A stretch of DNA of 63,679 bases, filler included. It is 5 parts of 5 records of this genome, joined end to end, with 100 filler letters (N's around TTAATTAATTAA, not from the genome) between each part and the next. Parts side by side here need not be neighbours in the genome. Positions count along the whole stretch, not along the records: positions 1 to 7,592 come from SRR2962707_1484; positions 7,693 to 23,309 come from SRR2962707_1491; 3 more parts are not named here. One strand, 5' to 3'. The first letter of the stretch is position 1. Each line of letters opens with the position of its first letter. A model generated the notes under the pieces. The model was not told where the DNA came from. It saw only the letters and a program-made list of their open reading frames with translations, and searched no databases. Below are positions 1-9,492 of this stretch, piece by piece. Made by a program: the position numbers and the translations under genes.

Positions 1-867
1 TTCGGCAAGGATCACCAGACCAATCAGGTGATCTATGACAGGATTTGTTCGATCCTCGGCGGCACCCCGCCCGAACATTACGTCTATGAGCTCTTTCTCG
101 ATGAAGATGGCCAGAAGATTTCAAAGTCCAAGGGCAATGGGATCACCATCGACGAATGGTTGACCTACGCGTCTTCGGAAAGCCTCTCGCTGTTCATGTT
201 CCAGAAGCCGAGGACGGCCAAGCGGCTCTATTTCGACGTCATCCCCAAGGCGGTGGACGAATACTATACCTTCGCCGCCAAGGCGCAGGCCGAGGACGCG
301 GCCCAGCTGTTGGAAAACCCCACCTTCCACATTCATTCAACCAGGCCCCCGGCCTACGACATGCCGGTGAGCTTTGCCCTGCTGCTCAACCTCGCCACAG
401 CGTCGAACCCCGAGAGCCGCGAGGTGATGTGGGGTTACATTTCGGCCTACGCGCCCGGCGTCACCCCCCAGACCCATCCCCATCTCGACGCGCTGGTCGG
501 CTACGCCATGCGCTATTTCGAGGATTTCGTTCAAAAGACCTACCGCGCCCCCGACGATGTCGAGCGCAAGGCGCTAAAAGACCTCTCGGAAACCCTGGCT
601 AAACTTCCCGCCGATGCGAACGGCGAAGCGATCCAGAACGCGGCCCTCGACGTGGCGCGTGAGATCGAACGCTATCAGGACCAAAAGCGCCTTGGCCCCA
701 ATGGCGGCCCGGGTGTGTCCGGCGCCTTTTTCCAGATGCTTTATCAGGTGCTGATCGGTCAGGAACGCGGCCCGCGCTTTGGCTCGTTCGCCGCCCTTTA
801 CGGCATCGAGAACACCCGCAAGCTGATCGACAAGGCGCTGAGCGGGCAACTGACATCCCGGGGCTGA
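1..867 (+). CDS. lysS: Class I lysine--tRNA ligase, C-terminal part (5'-truncated)
   Basis: Frame is open from base 1 (FGKDHQT...). KMSKS-like KISKSKGNG motif and the C-terminal [17 protein letters not shown] anticodon-binding region typical of alphaproteobacterial class I LysRS. Confidence 0.93.
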   Translation, partial: FGKDHQTNQVIYDRICSILGGTPPEHYVYELFLDEDGQKISKSKGNGITIDEWLTYASSESLSLFMFQKPRTAKRLYFDVIPKAVDEYYTFAAKAQAEDAAQLLENPTFHIHSTRPPAYDMPVSFALLLNLATASNPESREVMWGYISAYAPGVTPQTHPHLDALVGYAMRYFEDFVQKTYRAPDDVERKALKDLSETLAKLPADANGEAIQNAALDVAREIERYQDQKRLGPNGGPGVSGAFFQMLYQVLIGQERGPRFGSFAALYGIENTRKLIDKALSGQLTSRG

Positions 868-873
868 CGACCC

Positions 874-1083
874 ATGGCGGTCACCCCCGACCTCGCCGAC
901 CTTCAGGCAACCATCGCGCGCATGGAAGCGCGGTTCGATACCGACCCGCGCGCCGCCAGTCTGATGGGTTCCTATCGCGATCTATGCGCCCGCTTTGAAA
1001 CCGATCTCGCCGATCCGCGAGATATTGCCATAAGCCGCGCCGCCGCCCTGATGATGATAAAATATCAACTCGAAGAAAACTGA
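874..1083 (+). CDS. Small hypothetical helical protein (69 aa)
   Basis: ATG 6 nt after the lysS stop, host-like codon usage, followed by a hairpin. Confidence 0.6.
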   Translation: MAVTPDLADLQATIARMEARFDTDPRAASLMGSYRDLCARFETDLADPRDIAISRAAALMMIKYQLEEN

Positions 1084-1091
1084 CCGCCACA

Positions 1092-1117
1092 GCGGCGGTC
1101 GAAATTTTGACCGCTGC
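1092..1117. terminator. Hairpin between convergent genes
   Basis: GCGGCGGTCGAA..TTTGACCGCTGC inverted repeat (with G-U pairs) between the stops at 1083 and 1117. Confidence 0.5.
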
Positions 1118-1749
1118 TACTGGCTTGCCCACAGAATACGGGCGATCCAGTCGATTTCTTCGGGTTTGAAGACGCGCGGCGGATGGTCGGGGTTGATCGA
1201 GTGAAGTTCGATCTGCTTTTCGGTGCGCCGGTGCAAAATTTTGGCCATTACCTCCCCATCTTGCGTACGGGCCACAACCCGGTCCCCGCGCCGCAACTGT
1301 TCGGTAGGCGAGACGATAATATAGTCGCCATCGCGATAGAGCGGCTGCATGGATTCTCCGGTTACCTCGAGCGCATAGGTAGTGCCATCACCCAGCCCGG
1401 GAAAGCGGACCTCATCCCAGCCCTGCCCGGCGGGAAACCCCGCCGCATCGAAATAGCCCCCCGAACCGGCCTGGGCGAATCCCAAAAGCGGCACGACGCG
1501 CCTGCCAGCATTCTGGTTGTAGTTCAGCCCGCCCGAGAGAAGGGAATCGAAGGTTTCGCTGGTGGCCTCGAGTACCTTGGCAACCGATTCGGTCGATGGC
1601 CAGCGCTCCCGCCCATCCTTGCTGACGCGCTTGGACGGATTGAACGCCGTCGCATCCAGTCCCGCCAGCTTGGCAAGGCCCGACGCCGACAGGCCGTGTC
1701 GGTCGGCTAGGCTGTCGAGAGCTTCCCAGATGGCGCGATGAGACAACAT
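1117..1749 (-). CDS. HTH + peptidase S24 (LexA/CI-like) transcriptional repressor, RogA-like
   Basis: N-terminal HTH (SASGLAKLAGLDATAFN), Ala-Gly site (FAQAG), catalytic Ser (GESMQP) and Lys (VMAKIL). Confidence 0.88.
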   Translation of the reverse strand: MLSHRAIWEALDSLADRHGLSASGLAKLAGLDATAFNPSKRVSKDGRERWPSTESVAKVLEATSETFDSLLSGGLNYNQNAGRRVVPLLGFAQAGSGGYFDAAGFPAGQGWDEVRFPGLGDGTTYALEVTGESMQPLYRDGDYIIVSPTEQLRRGDRVVARTQDGEVMAKILHRRTEKQIELHSINPDHPPRVFKPEEIDWIARILWASQ

Positions 1750-1770
1750 GGACAGATCGTTTCCAGAAAA

Positions 1771-1803
1771 GGAATAATATCCCTATAATCTGGAAACTAG
1801 TCC
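1771..1803. promoter_or_regulatory. Two GGAA-N4-NTCC imperfect palindromes 21 bp apart (putative operator)
   Basis: GGAATAATATCC at 1771-1782 and GGAAACTAGTCC at 1792-1803, in the AT-rich divergent promoter region just upstream of the repressor. Confidence 0.55.
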
Positions 1804-1889
1804 TATTACGGTCCTGCTCCCTTGTAAAGATGCTTCCATACTTGGCAGGGTCACCTTCGGCAGCTAGACCAAGCGCCACAGGAGAAAAC

Positions 1890-2234
1890 ATGGCCGAACC
1901 GATCTATAAAATCGTTTCAATCAATGATTGGGCGAATGCGCGTAAATCAGGGCAACTGACCGGTACGCCAGTCGATATCGCCGATGGTTACATCCATTTT
2001 TCGACCGCTGCCCAACTGACCGAAACGCTGGAAAAGCATTACCGCGGAGCCACCGGATTGGTGCTGGCGACAATCGAACCCGATTTGATCGGCACCGATC
2101 TCATCTGGGAACCCTCACGCGGGGGGCAGCTTTTCCCCCATCTTTATGCACCCCTTCCAATGGCGGCAGTCATCGCCGAGCGCAGTCTCGATGCGCGGCC
2201 GGATGGCGGTTTCGACCTGCCGGAGGTTTCGTGA
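1890..2234 (+). CDS. DUF952 family protein
   Basis: IYKI...DGYIHFST...WEPSRGGQLFPHLY; GGAGA RBS; stop overlaps the pyrD start (TGATG). Confidence 0.9.
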   Translation: MAEPIYKIVSINDWANARKSGQLTGTPVDIADGYIHFSTAAQLTETLEKHYRGATGLVLATIEPDLIGTDLIWEPSRGGQLFPHLYAPLPMAAVIAERSLDARPDGGFDLPEVS

Positions 2235-3334
2235 TGGGCATCGGGGACTTGTTGCGCAGCGCGACAATTCAGAAGCTGGCCCAGGACGCGCTGATGCGCA
2301 TGGACGCAGAGACCGCGCACAGGGCGACCATCAACGCTCTCAAATTCGGATTGGCGCCGTCCGGTGCGCCGTCTCAGGAAAATCTGGCGACCAGGTTCTG
2401 CGGACTGGATCTTCCCAATCCCATCGGTATGGCGCCGGGTTTTGACAAGAACGCCGAAGTGTTCGGCCCGCTCGCCAAGGCCGGGTTCGGGTTCGTGGAA
2501 GTGGGGACGGTCACGCCACGTCCGCAACAGGGCAATCCTACGCCAAGAGTATTCCGCATCCCTGACGCGCTGGGCGTCGTCAACCGGCTGGGCTTCAATA
2601 ATGAAGGCCACGAGGCCGCCTTCGAGCGGCTCAAGGACCGCACGCCGGGCCAGACGGTGGGCGTCAATATCGGCGCCAACAAGGACAGTGAAGACTTCCT
2701 GGCAGACTATGTGGCGGGCGTGAAGACCTTCTCGCCACTGGCCGACTATCTCACGGCCAACGTTTCCTCGCCCAATACGCCCGGCCTTCGCAACCTGCAG
2801 GCCGAGGATGCCCTCAGGCGCTTGCTGGCCGCTTTGGTCGAAACCCGTGCCGCCCAGCCCCGGCAGACATCGATACTGCTCAAGATCGCCCCCGACCTTG
2901 ATGAAACCGAAATGGATTCCATCGCCAGAACAGTGCTCGAAAGCGGCATTGATGGGCTGATCGTTTCCAACACGACAATTTCGCGCGATGCGGTGGCCGG
3001 TCTCGAAAATGCCGAGGAAACCGGCGGACTTTCGGGCAGGCCCCTGTTTAATCTCGCGACGCGGCGCCTCGCCCAGATGCGCTTGCGGCTCGGCCCGGAT
3101 TTCCCGCTGATCGGGGTGGGCGGCATAAACTCGGCTCAAAGCGCCATCGCCAAATTCGAGGCGGGGGCCAATGTCGTCCAGCTCTATTCGGCACTGGTCT
3201 ATGGCGGGCTCGAAATGATCGAGGAGATCAAGTCAGGGCTCTCGCACGCCGTCATTGAACGCAGGCTCGCCAATGTTTCAGGGCTCACCGGCGTGGCGGT
3301 AAAGGATTGGGCCGAAGGCAGAATAACGCTTTAG
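2234..3334 (+). CDS. pyrD: Quinone-dependent dihydroorotate dehydrogenase
   Basis: GFDKNAE, GTVTPRPQ.GNP.PR, NRLGFNN, NVSSPNTPGLR, KIAPDL, GGLSG motifs. Confidence 0.97.
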   Translation: MGIGDLLRSATIQKLAQDALMRMDAETAHRATINALKFGLAPSGAPSQENLATRFCGLDLPNPIGMAPGFDKNAEVFGPLAKAGFGFVEVGTVTPRPQQGNPTPRVFRIPDALGVVNRLGFNNEGHEAAFERLKDRTPGQTVGVNIGANKDSEDFLADYVAGVKTFSPLADYLTANVSSPNTPGLRNLQAEDALRRLLAALVETRAAQPRQTSILLKIAPDLDETEMDSIARTVLESGIDGLIVSNTTISRDAVAGLENAEETGGLSGRPLFNLATRRLAQMRLRLGPDFPLIGVGGINSAQSAIAKFEAGANVVQLYSALVYGGLEMIEEIKSGLSHAVIERRLANVSGLTGVAVKDWAEGRITL

Positions 3335-3399
3335 AGCGTGTCCAGGTAAAGTGGCGACCACTTTATCGGTTCGAACGCGCGACAAAAAACGGGGGCCTA
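3332..3399. repeat. Rhizobial RIME/CIR-like short intergenic repeat (single arm)
   Basis: TAGAGCGTGTCCAGG-TAAAGTGG-CGA-CCACTTTA-TCGGTTCGAACGCGCGACAAAA...CTA. It has an internal inverted repeat and is bounded by the TAG stops of both flanking genes. Confidence 0.55.
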
Positions 3400-4734
3400 G
3401 GCGAAAATCGCGTCCTTCCGACGCTCGATAGCGATCGCATAGATGCCGGCGCGCACGAGCAACAGGACATGCAGGGCGATCCACAGCCCCCAAAGGCCGA
3501 AGATCGGCTGCAGGATCATGGCGGTTGCGAGATAGACGATGAGCGAAACGATCATCCCGTTGCGCATCGTAACGTTAAGGGTCGCACCGATCATCACCCC
3601 GTCATAAACGAAAGCGGGCATGCCGGTGAGCGGGGTCAACGCCGCCATGACGAGATAAATGCGGGCCATTTCGCGCACATCGACATTGGTGGTCATCAGA
3701 TCGATGGCCAGCCATCCGAAGGCGAGCAACAGCAAGCTCAACGTCCCCGCGATCAGGAGACCCCAGCCCAGCGTGAGCTTGGTAGCCCGCTCGAAAGCCG
3801 GACGCCAGCGCGCGCCGACTGCCTTGCCGCACAATTGTTCCGAGGCCGTGGCGATCCCGTCGAGAAAGAACGCCGAGACCGAGAAAAGCTGCAGCAGAAT
3901 GGCGTTGGATGCCAGTTCGATCTCGCCCATGCGCGCGCCCTGCGCGGCGAAATAGGCAAAGGCGCCCATAAGCGCCGCCGAGCGGATGATGAGATCACGG
4001 CTCAACCCGATCATGCGCTTGATCGCCGCAGCGTCGAGCAGGGCAGGAAGCGTGCTATTGGCGAGGATCGGTCCGATGCCGCCATAATGTCTTATGGCGA
4101 TGGCCCCACCCGCGACAGCGGCAACGGCTTGCCCGATAACGGTTGCCCAGGCAACGCCCGGAACGCCCCAACCCAGCCCCTGAACGAACCAGACGCTGAG
4201 GACGATATTGATGAGGTTGATGAGAATTTGCAGCCACATGCCCGTGCGCGCATCGGCCCGGCCGTAAAACCATCCGAGCAGCACGAAATTGATCAGGACG
4301 AACGGTACTGACCACATGCGTACGCCCATGTAATCGGCAAAGGCCCCGGCTGCGTCGGGTGGCGGCGCCAGCGCTGCCGCAAAGCCGAGATAGATGGGAT
4401 AGGAGAGCGCCAGAAGGAGCACACCCAGAACCGCCGCAGCGACCATGGCACGCGCCATATGCAGCAGGCCGTCGAGTGGATCGCGAGCGCCAATGGCCTG
4501 TGCGGTCAACCCGGCCGTCCCGAAGCGTAGGAAGAAGGCCAGCGCAAAGATGACGCTAAACCCCGCCGCACCGAGCGAAAGCCCACCAAGCAGCCCCGCA
4601 TCGCCCAGTTGTCCGATGACGGCGGTATCGATGATGCCCGCCACGGGCTCGGTGATAAATGCCACCGAGGCCGGAACGGCTATGGCCCACACATCGCGAT
4701 GGTGAACCTCGAACGAGTGAACCGATATGCTCAT
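3397..4734 (-). CDS. MATE family efflux transporter (DinF-like)
   Basis: About 12 TM segments; IDTAVIGQLG, FLRFGTAGLTAQA, FFLDGIATA motifs. Confidence 0.92.
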   Translation of the reverse strand: MSISVHSFEVHHRDVWAIAVPASVAFITEPVAGIIDTAVIGQLGDAGLLGGLSLGAAGFSVIFALAFFLRFGTAGLTAQAIGARDPLDGLLHMARAMVAAAVLGVLLLALSYPIYLGFAAALAPPPDAAGAFADYMGVRMWSVPFVLINFVLLGWFYGRADARTGMWLQILINLINIVLSVWFVQGLGWGVPGVAWATVIGQAVAAVAGGAIAIRHYGGIGPILANSTLPALLDAAAIKRMIGLSRDLIIRSAALMGAFAYFAAQGARMGEIELASNAILLQLFSVSAFFLDGIATASEQLCGKAVGARWRPAFERATKLTLGWGLLIAGTLSLLLLAFGWLAIDLMTTNVDVREMARIYLVMAALTPLTGMPAFVYDGVMIGATLNVTMRNGMIVSLIVYLATAMILQPIFGLWGLWIALHVLLLVRAGIYAIAIERRKDAIFA

Positions 4735-4789
4735 CAAAAAGGAAACCGGGGAAGAGGAGGGACGATTACCCTAGCCGATTCTGCCTCGA

Positions 4790-5557
4790 TTAGTTCTCAA
4801 AGTCGCTCTTTTTGAGCAGAACCGGCCGGGCGGGCACCTGACAGACCGGCATGATTTCGATGGAATTGACGTTCACATGCGCCGGCAGATTGGCCAGCCA
4901 CCATACGGTATTGGCGATATCCTCGGGCAGCAGCGGTTCGTTGTCGGCGTACATCTTTTCGTTGGCCTCGAAATCGCCGCCCGTGCGTACGGCGGTAAAT
5001 TCCGATTTCGCATGGCCAGGCTCAAGCGAGGTGATGCGAATACCCGTGCCCATTGTGTCGGTGCGTAAGTTCATCGAAAACTGATGCACGAAGGCCTTCG
5101 TCGCGCCATAGACATTGCCGCCGGTATAAGCAAAGCGTCCGGCAATCGAGCCGACATTGATGATCGAGGACCCGCGGCCCACCTGCTTGACCAGCGGCAG
5201 CACTTCAAGGGTCGTGTGCAGCAGCCCAACGATATTGGTGTCGATCATCGTCTGCCACTGGTCGGTATCGATATCGGGAACCGCACCCGTGCCCAGCGCC
5301 AGCCCGCCATTGTTGAACAGGCAGGTGACCGGCTTGAAATTTTCAGGGATGGCCGAGACGGCGCGTTTGATCGACGCCTTGTCGGTCAAGTCCATCTCGA
5401 TCCCGTGGACGATCTCGGGGAACTCCGCCTCGAGCTCGGCCAGCCGTTCACGCCTGCGGCCAGTTGCGATGACCTTCCAGCCGTTCTTTGCAAAAAGCCG
5501 CGCGGTGGCCGCGCCGAAGCCGGACGTGGCGCCGGTAATGAAGATGACGGGAGACAT
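4790..5557 (-). CDS. SDR oxidoreductase (YdfG-like)
   Basis: TGATSGFG, TGRR, YGATK catalytic motif, LPAHVNVN. Confidence 0.92.
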   Translation of the reverse strand: MSPVIFITGATSGFGAATARLFAKNGWKVIATGRRRERLAELEAEFPEIVHGIEMDLTDKASIKRAVSAIPENFKPVTCLFNNGGLALGTGAVPDIDTDQWQTMIDTNIVGLLHTTLEVLPLVKQVGRGSSIINVGSIAGRFAYTGGNVYGATKAFVHQFSMNLRTDTMGTGIRITSLEPGHAKSEFTAVRTGGDFEANEKMYADNEPLLPEDIANTVWWLANLPAHVNVNSIEIMPVCQVPARPVLLKKSDFEN

Positions 5558-5651
5558 GGGTATGACCTTGAATGGCTTTAAATCGGAAAGGCGGCGTATG
5601 TCGCTGCCACCATCCTAATTGCCGCCACCGATCTGCTCAACAGGCTATGGC

Positions 5652-5948
5652 CTAGCGCCTCCGCCCGGCAGCCATAAGCCGTCCGATGAACCACAGTGGA
5701 ATGACGATCACGGCGCCGGTCAGCATATAGGCAAAACCGTCGCGGAAGACCTCGAACCCGTTGTCGAAGATCGAGTTGATGAAGCCCTGGATCGAACGGA
5801 ATATGGCGTCGGGACTGATCCCGAAGATCGACATCAAAAAGCCCACGACCAGGCTCATCAGGATCAGCCGGACGACAACCCGTCCTGGCGTCCCGCCTAG
5901 AAACGATTCCAGCCAGCTCGGTCTTTGATTTGTTTCGCGGTTGTCCAT
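5652..5948 (-). CDS. Small membrane protein (DUF6460-like)
   Basis: FLGGTPGRVVVRLILMSLVVG...GAVIVIPLW; two hydrophobic segments. Start could be 5948 or 5960. Confidence 0.7.
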   Translation of the reverse strand: MDNRETNQRPSWLESFLGGTPGRVVVRLILMSLVVGFLMSIFGISPDAIFRSIQGFINSIFDNGFEVFRDGFAYMLTGAVIVIPLWFIGRLMAAGRRR

Positions 5949-6038
5949 AGTCTCGGGCATCGGTCCATCGGGTCCATCGATTCTGCTCATGATGCCACAT
6001 AGGCGCCGACAATGGCCAATTAAAGAGCTGCCGATAAC

Positions 6039-7592
6039 GTGACCGCGCTTTCCCCCACCGTTGCCGACTGGTTCGCTGCCAAGGGATGGCGGGCACGCCC
6101 GCACCAATTGGCGGTGCTCGAAGCCGAGCGGGCCGGCAACTCGGTACTGCTGATCGCCCCGACCGGGGCGGGTAAAACTCTGGCTGGGTTTCTTCCTTCG
6201 ATCGAAGATCTGATCGCAAATCCCATGGAGGGGCTACACACCCTCTACATCTCCCCGCTCAAGGCGTTGGCGGTCGATGTGGCGCGCAATCTGGGCGATC
6301 CGGTGCGCGAAATGGGGTTAAAGATCAAGGTCGAGACCCGGACCGGTGACACCCCGGCTTCGCGACGCCAGCGCCAACGCTTCGATCCGCCGCACATCCT
6401 GATGACGACGCCGGAACAACTGGCGTTGCTCCTCAGTCATCCCGACAGCAAAAGGTTGTTTGGTAGTTTGAGGCGCATAGTGCTCGATGAATTGCACGCA
6501 CTGGTCACCTCAAAACGCGGCGATCTGCTCAGCCTCGGCGTCGCCCGGCTGGCCAGATTGTCCCCCCAGGTAAAGGTTACTGCGCTTTCGGCGACCGTTG
6601 CCCAGCCTGAAATTCTGCGCGACTGGATCGCTGCACCCGTCGCGCCAAACCCTGCGGTGCTGCTCAATGCGCCCGGTGGCGCCCCGCCGCAGCTCTCGAT
6701 CCTCGCCAGCGAGCAAATATTGCCCTGGGCCGGCCACTCGGCTGCCTATGCGGTGCCGGACCTGTACGGAACGATCAAAGAGCACGGGACCACGCTCTTG
6801 TTCGTCAATACCCGCTCCCAGGCCGAGATGCTGTTCCAGAACCTGTGGGCCATCAACGATGAGGCTCTGCCCATTGCGCTCCATCACGGCTCGCTTTCGG
6901 TCGAGCAGCGCCGCAAGGTGGAGAGCGCCATGGTCTCGGGCGTGCTGCGCGCCGTGGTTTGTACGTCAACACTCGATCTGGGCATCGACTGGGGCGATGT
7001 CGATCTTGTAGTGCAGGTTGGCGCGCCCAAGGGTGCCTCGCGCATGCTTCAGAGGATCGGGCGCGCCAACCACCGGCTCGACGACCCGTCCAAGGCCATG
7101 TTCGTCCCGGCCAACCGTTTCGAAGTGCTCGAATGCGAAGCGGCACTCGAATCGGTGGCCGAAGGCGCGCAGGACAGCGAAACGCCGCTGCCCGGCGGGC
7201 TGGACGTTCTCGCCCAGCATATTCTGGGCCTCGCCTGCGCCGACCCGCTCGATGAGGACCAAACCTTTGCCGAAATCACATCGGCCTGGCCCTACAAGGA
7301 CCTGACGCGCGAAAAATTCCACCGTGTGCTCGATTTCGTTTCGACCGGCGGCTATGCGCTCAAGGCCTATGAACGGTTCGCAAAACTGCGCAAGACAGCC
7401 GATGGACTCTGGCGCATCGCCAATCCCCAGATCGCCCAGCAATATCGATTGAACGTCGGCACCATCGTCGAAGAACCCATGCTCAAGGTCCGGCTCGTTC
7501 GGGCCCGGGGGGTGCGCAAGGGCGCAACGACGGGTCCAATCGGGCGCGGCGGCAGAATGTTGGGCGAGATCGAGGAATATTTCATCGACCAG
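6039..7592 (+). CDS. Ligase-associated DNA damage response DEXH-box helicase (Lhr-like), 3'-truncated
   Basis: APTGAGKT, SPLKAL, DELH, SAT, QRIGRANH helicase motifs; runs into the linker. Confidence 0.92.
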
Positions 7593-7692
7593 NNNNNNNN
7601 NNNNNNNNNNNNNNNNNNNNNNNNNNNNNNNNNNNNTTAATTAATTAANNNNNNNNNNNNNNNNNNNNNNNNNNNNNNNNNNNNNNNNNNNN
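7593..7692. other. Artificial contig linker
   Basis: 44 N + TTAATTAATTAA (stops in all six frames) + 44 N. Confidence 0.99.
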
Positions 7693-7717
7693 CACCCCGG
7701 CGAAAGCCGGGGTCCAT
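7693..7717. repeat. REP-like palindrome at the contig edge
   Basis: ACCCCGGC-GAAA-GCCGGGGT-CCAT stem-loop of the alphaproteobacterial REP type. Confidence 0.6.
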
Positions 7718-7749
7718 GGGCGTGCAACACATCCCGTGACCGGGAGCAC

Positions 7750-8226
7750 TCAAACCATCGCCAGCACAAACAGCACCACCGACACCGAGGGCGCCACCGT
7801 CCGCACCGTGTTCCACATGGTCCAGGCCACGAGATAATGCTTCCACATCGCGGCGCCGTCGGGACTTGCAGGCTCGACCTTCGCCAGCTGGTTGTTGAGC
7901 CCCACATTGAAAATCATCGTCACGAGAATGCAGCCCACGAGATAGAAGAGCGCACCGAAGAGCAGCAGCGCCGATCCCTCCACGCCCCAGTTCAAAACCG
8001 CATATCCGCCAAGTACCAGCGACAGCGCCGCCGTCCCGAAGAACGCGAGAAAGAACACCGGGTTGATGACGACGATGTTGATCGACTGCATCGCCGCAAT
8101 CCCTTCATGAGCGGGCAGCTTCCCCAGCGCCCCCATGATGAAACTCGAAAACGCATAAAAGATGCCGGCCACGATCCCGCTGCCGAGAACGGCCGCAAGC
8201 GTCAGCATGAAGATGATATCGGACAT
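7750..8226 (-). CDS. DUF1772 / anthrone oxygenase family membrane protein
   Basis: Four TM segments; AGIFYAFSSFIM, AMQSIN, W..Y...WT.WN.VRT; GGGGAG RBS. Confidence 0.88.
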   Translation of the reverse strand: MSDIIFMLTLAAVLGSGIVAGIFYAFSSFIMGALGKLPAHEGIAAMQSINIVVINPVFFLAFFGTAALSLVLGGYAVLNWGVEGSALLLFGALFYLVGCILVTMIFNVGLNNQLAKVEPASPDGAAMWKHYLVAWTMWNTVRTVAPSVSVVLFVLAMV

Positions 8227-8325
8227 GATCGTCTCCCCCCGGATGGTCTGGATAACCATTCATATGGGAAGGCCGCTCCCTCAGTCCAGTTTCGGCGACA
8301 TAAAAACAGACGTCTCCAAAAAAAA

Positions 8326-8356
8326 CGTCATGGCCCGGCTTGACCGGGCCATCCAC
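8326..8356. repeat. CGTC-type REP palindrome
   Basis: CGTCATGGCCCGG-CTTGA-CCGGGCCAT-CCAC in the intergenic space. Confidence 0.7.
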
Positions 8357-8386
8357 GCCTTTCTTCTTCGTCATTCGAGTAACGGC

Positions 8387-9328
8387 TCAGGCCGCGACTT
8401 TCACCGCCCGCGCGAATTCCTCGACATGGCGATGATCCGTGCCGCAACACCCGCCCAGCACGACGAGGTTCGGCAACCGCGCGGCGAGGTCGCCATAGAG
8501 CCGCCCGAGTTCTTCCGGGTCGCCCGCGTCGAGTTCTTCCGCCTCGTCCAGTTCCGCATGGCTGCACCGTGACGCATTCGCGCGAATGCCGCCGATCCGC
8601 GACACCCACTCGCCGTCGAGCACAGCGTCGAAATGGTCCGGATGCGCGCAGTTGATCATGTAATAGACGGGTGCGTTCCCGGTCGCCGCGTCCACCGCCG
8701 CAATCGCGTCCTTCAGTGTGTCGCCGGTCGGCAGCCGTCCATCCGTCTCCACCGTGAAGGAAATGGCCACCGGCATTCCCGCCGCCTTCGCGGCGCGCGC
8801 GACGCCGAGGGCTTCGTTGACATTCGTCATCGTGATCGCGGTGATCTGGTCCGCGCCTTCCTCCGCATAGAGGCGGATTTGCGGACCGTGATAGGCCTCC
8901 GCTTCTTCCGGGCTCATCGCTTCTCCCGCGATGTAGCCGTCGCCGCGCGGGCCGATGCAGCCGCTGATGACCATCGGGCTCCGCTCGCTCTCGAGTTCGG
9001 TGCGCAACTCGTGCATCAGCCGGATCGCTGCGCGGTTCGCTGTTTCGAGCGCCTCCGCCGAATAGCCGATCTTCGCCGCCCAGTCGGGGCTCGCCCGCCA
9101 GGTCGGGCTTTCGAGCACGAAGCCGAGGCCGTTCCGCTTTGCGACTTCGGCATGACGGCGGAAATAGGCGCGCAGGCCATCCGTGCCTTTTTGATCCTTG
9201 AGCAGATGAAAGGCCGCGAAACAGGGCAGGTCGAAGCCGTCCTCGAATATCAGCGTGGTTTCGATCCCGCCATCCGACAGGAAGGGGCCGCCCGCGAGTT
9301 GCGGCAGGCGATTTCTGTATTTTGTCAT
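8387..9328 (-). CDS. Homocysteine S-methyltransferase family protein (stand-alone)
   Basis: DGGIET, INCAHP and GGCCGT zinc-ligand motifs; GGAGAG RBS. Confidence 0.9.
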   Translation of the reverse strand: MTKYRNRLPQLAGGPFLSDGGIETTLIFEDGFDLPCFAAFHLLKDQKGTDGLRAYFRRHAEVAKRNGLGFVLESPTWRASPDWAAKIGYSAEALETANRAAIRLMHELRTELESERSPMVISGCIGPRGDGYIAGEAMSPEEAEAYHGPQIRLYAEEGADQITAITMTNVNEALGVARAAKAAGMPVAISFTVETDGRLPTGDTLKDAIAAVDAATGNAPVYYMINCAHPDHFDAVLDGEWVSRIGGIRANASRCSHAELDEAEELDAGDPEELGRLYGDLAARLPNLVVLGGCCGTDHRHVEEFARAVKVAA

Positions 9329-9492
9329 GTTAGTCTCTCCGGGGTCTGGGGGTGCAGGAAGGCTTGGCCCGGTCGCCTGACCGGCGCGTCCCTCCTGCAG
9401 GCGCAATGTAGGCGCTCTCCGTCCCCGGATTGAATGGGCAGGACGCCGGATCGTTTGACCGATCCGCTTTTTATCGCGCAAGGGAACCGTCA

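Noticed and set aside
1117-1749. Prophage marked by a CI-like repressor
   Set aside because: Flanked by lysS and DUF952-pyrD; no integrase, structural or replication genes.
6039-7592. Lhr-like helicase as a novel defence system
   Set aside because: It matches the known ligase-associated DNA repair helicase family, and its partner genes are cut off by the contig end.
7593-7692. TTAATTAATTAA as a CtrA site, repeat or att site, and ORFs running into the N runs
   Set aside because: Identical synthetic spacer at all four junctions.
9329-9420. SAM riboswitch upstream of the homocysteine methyltransferase
   Set aside because: A hairpin is present, but I could not match SAM-II or SAM-SAH consensus elements by eye; an Rfam scan would be needed.
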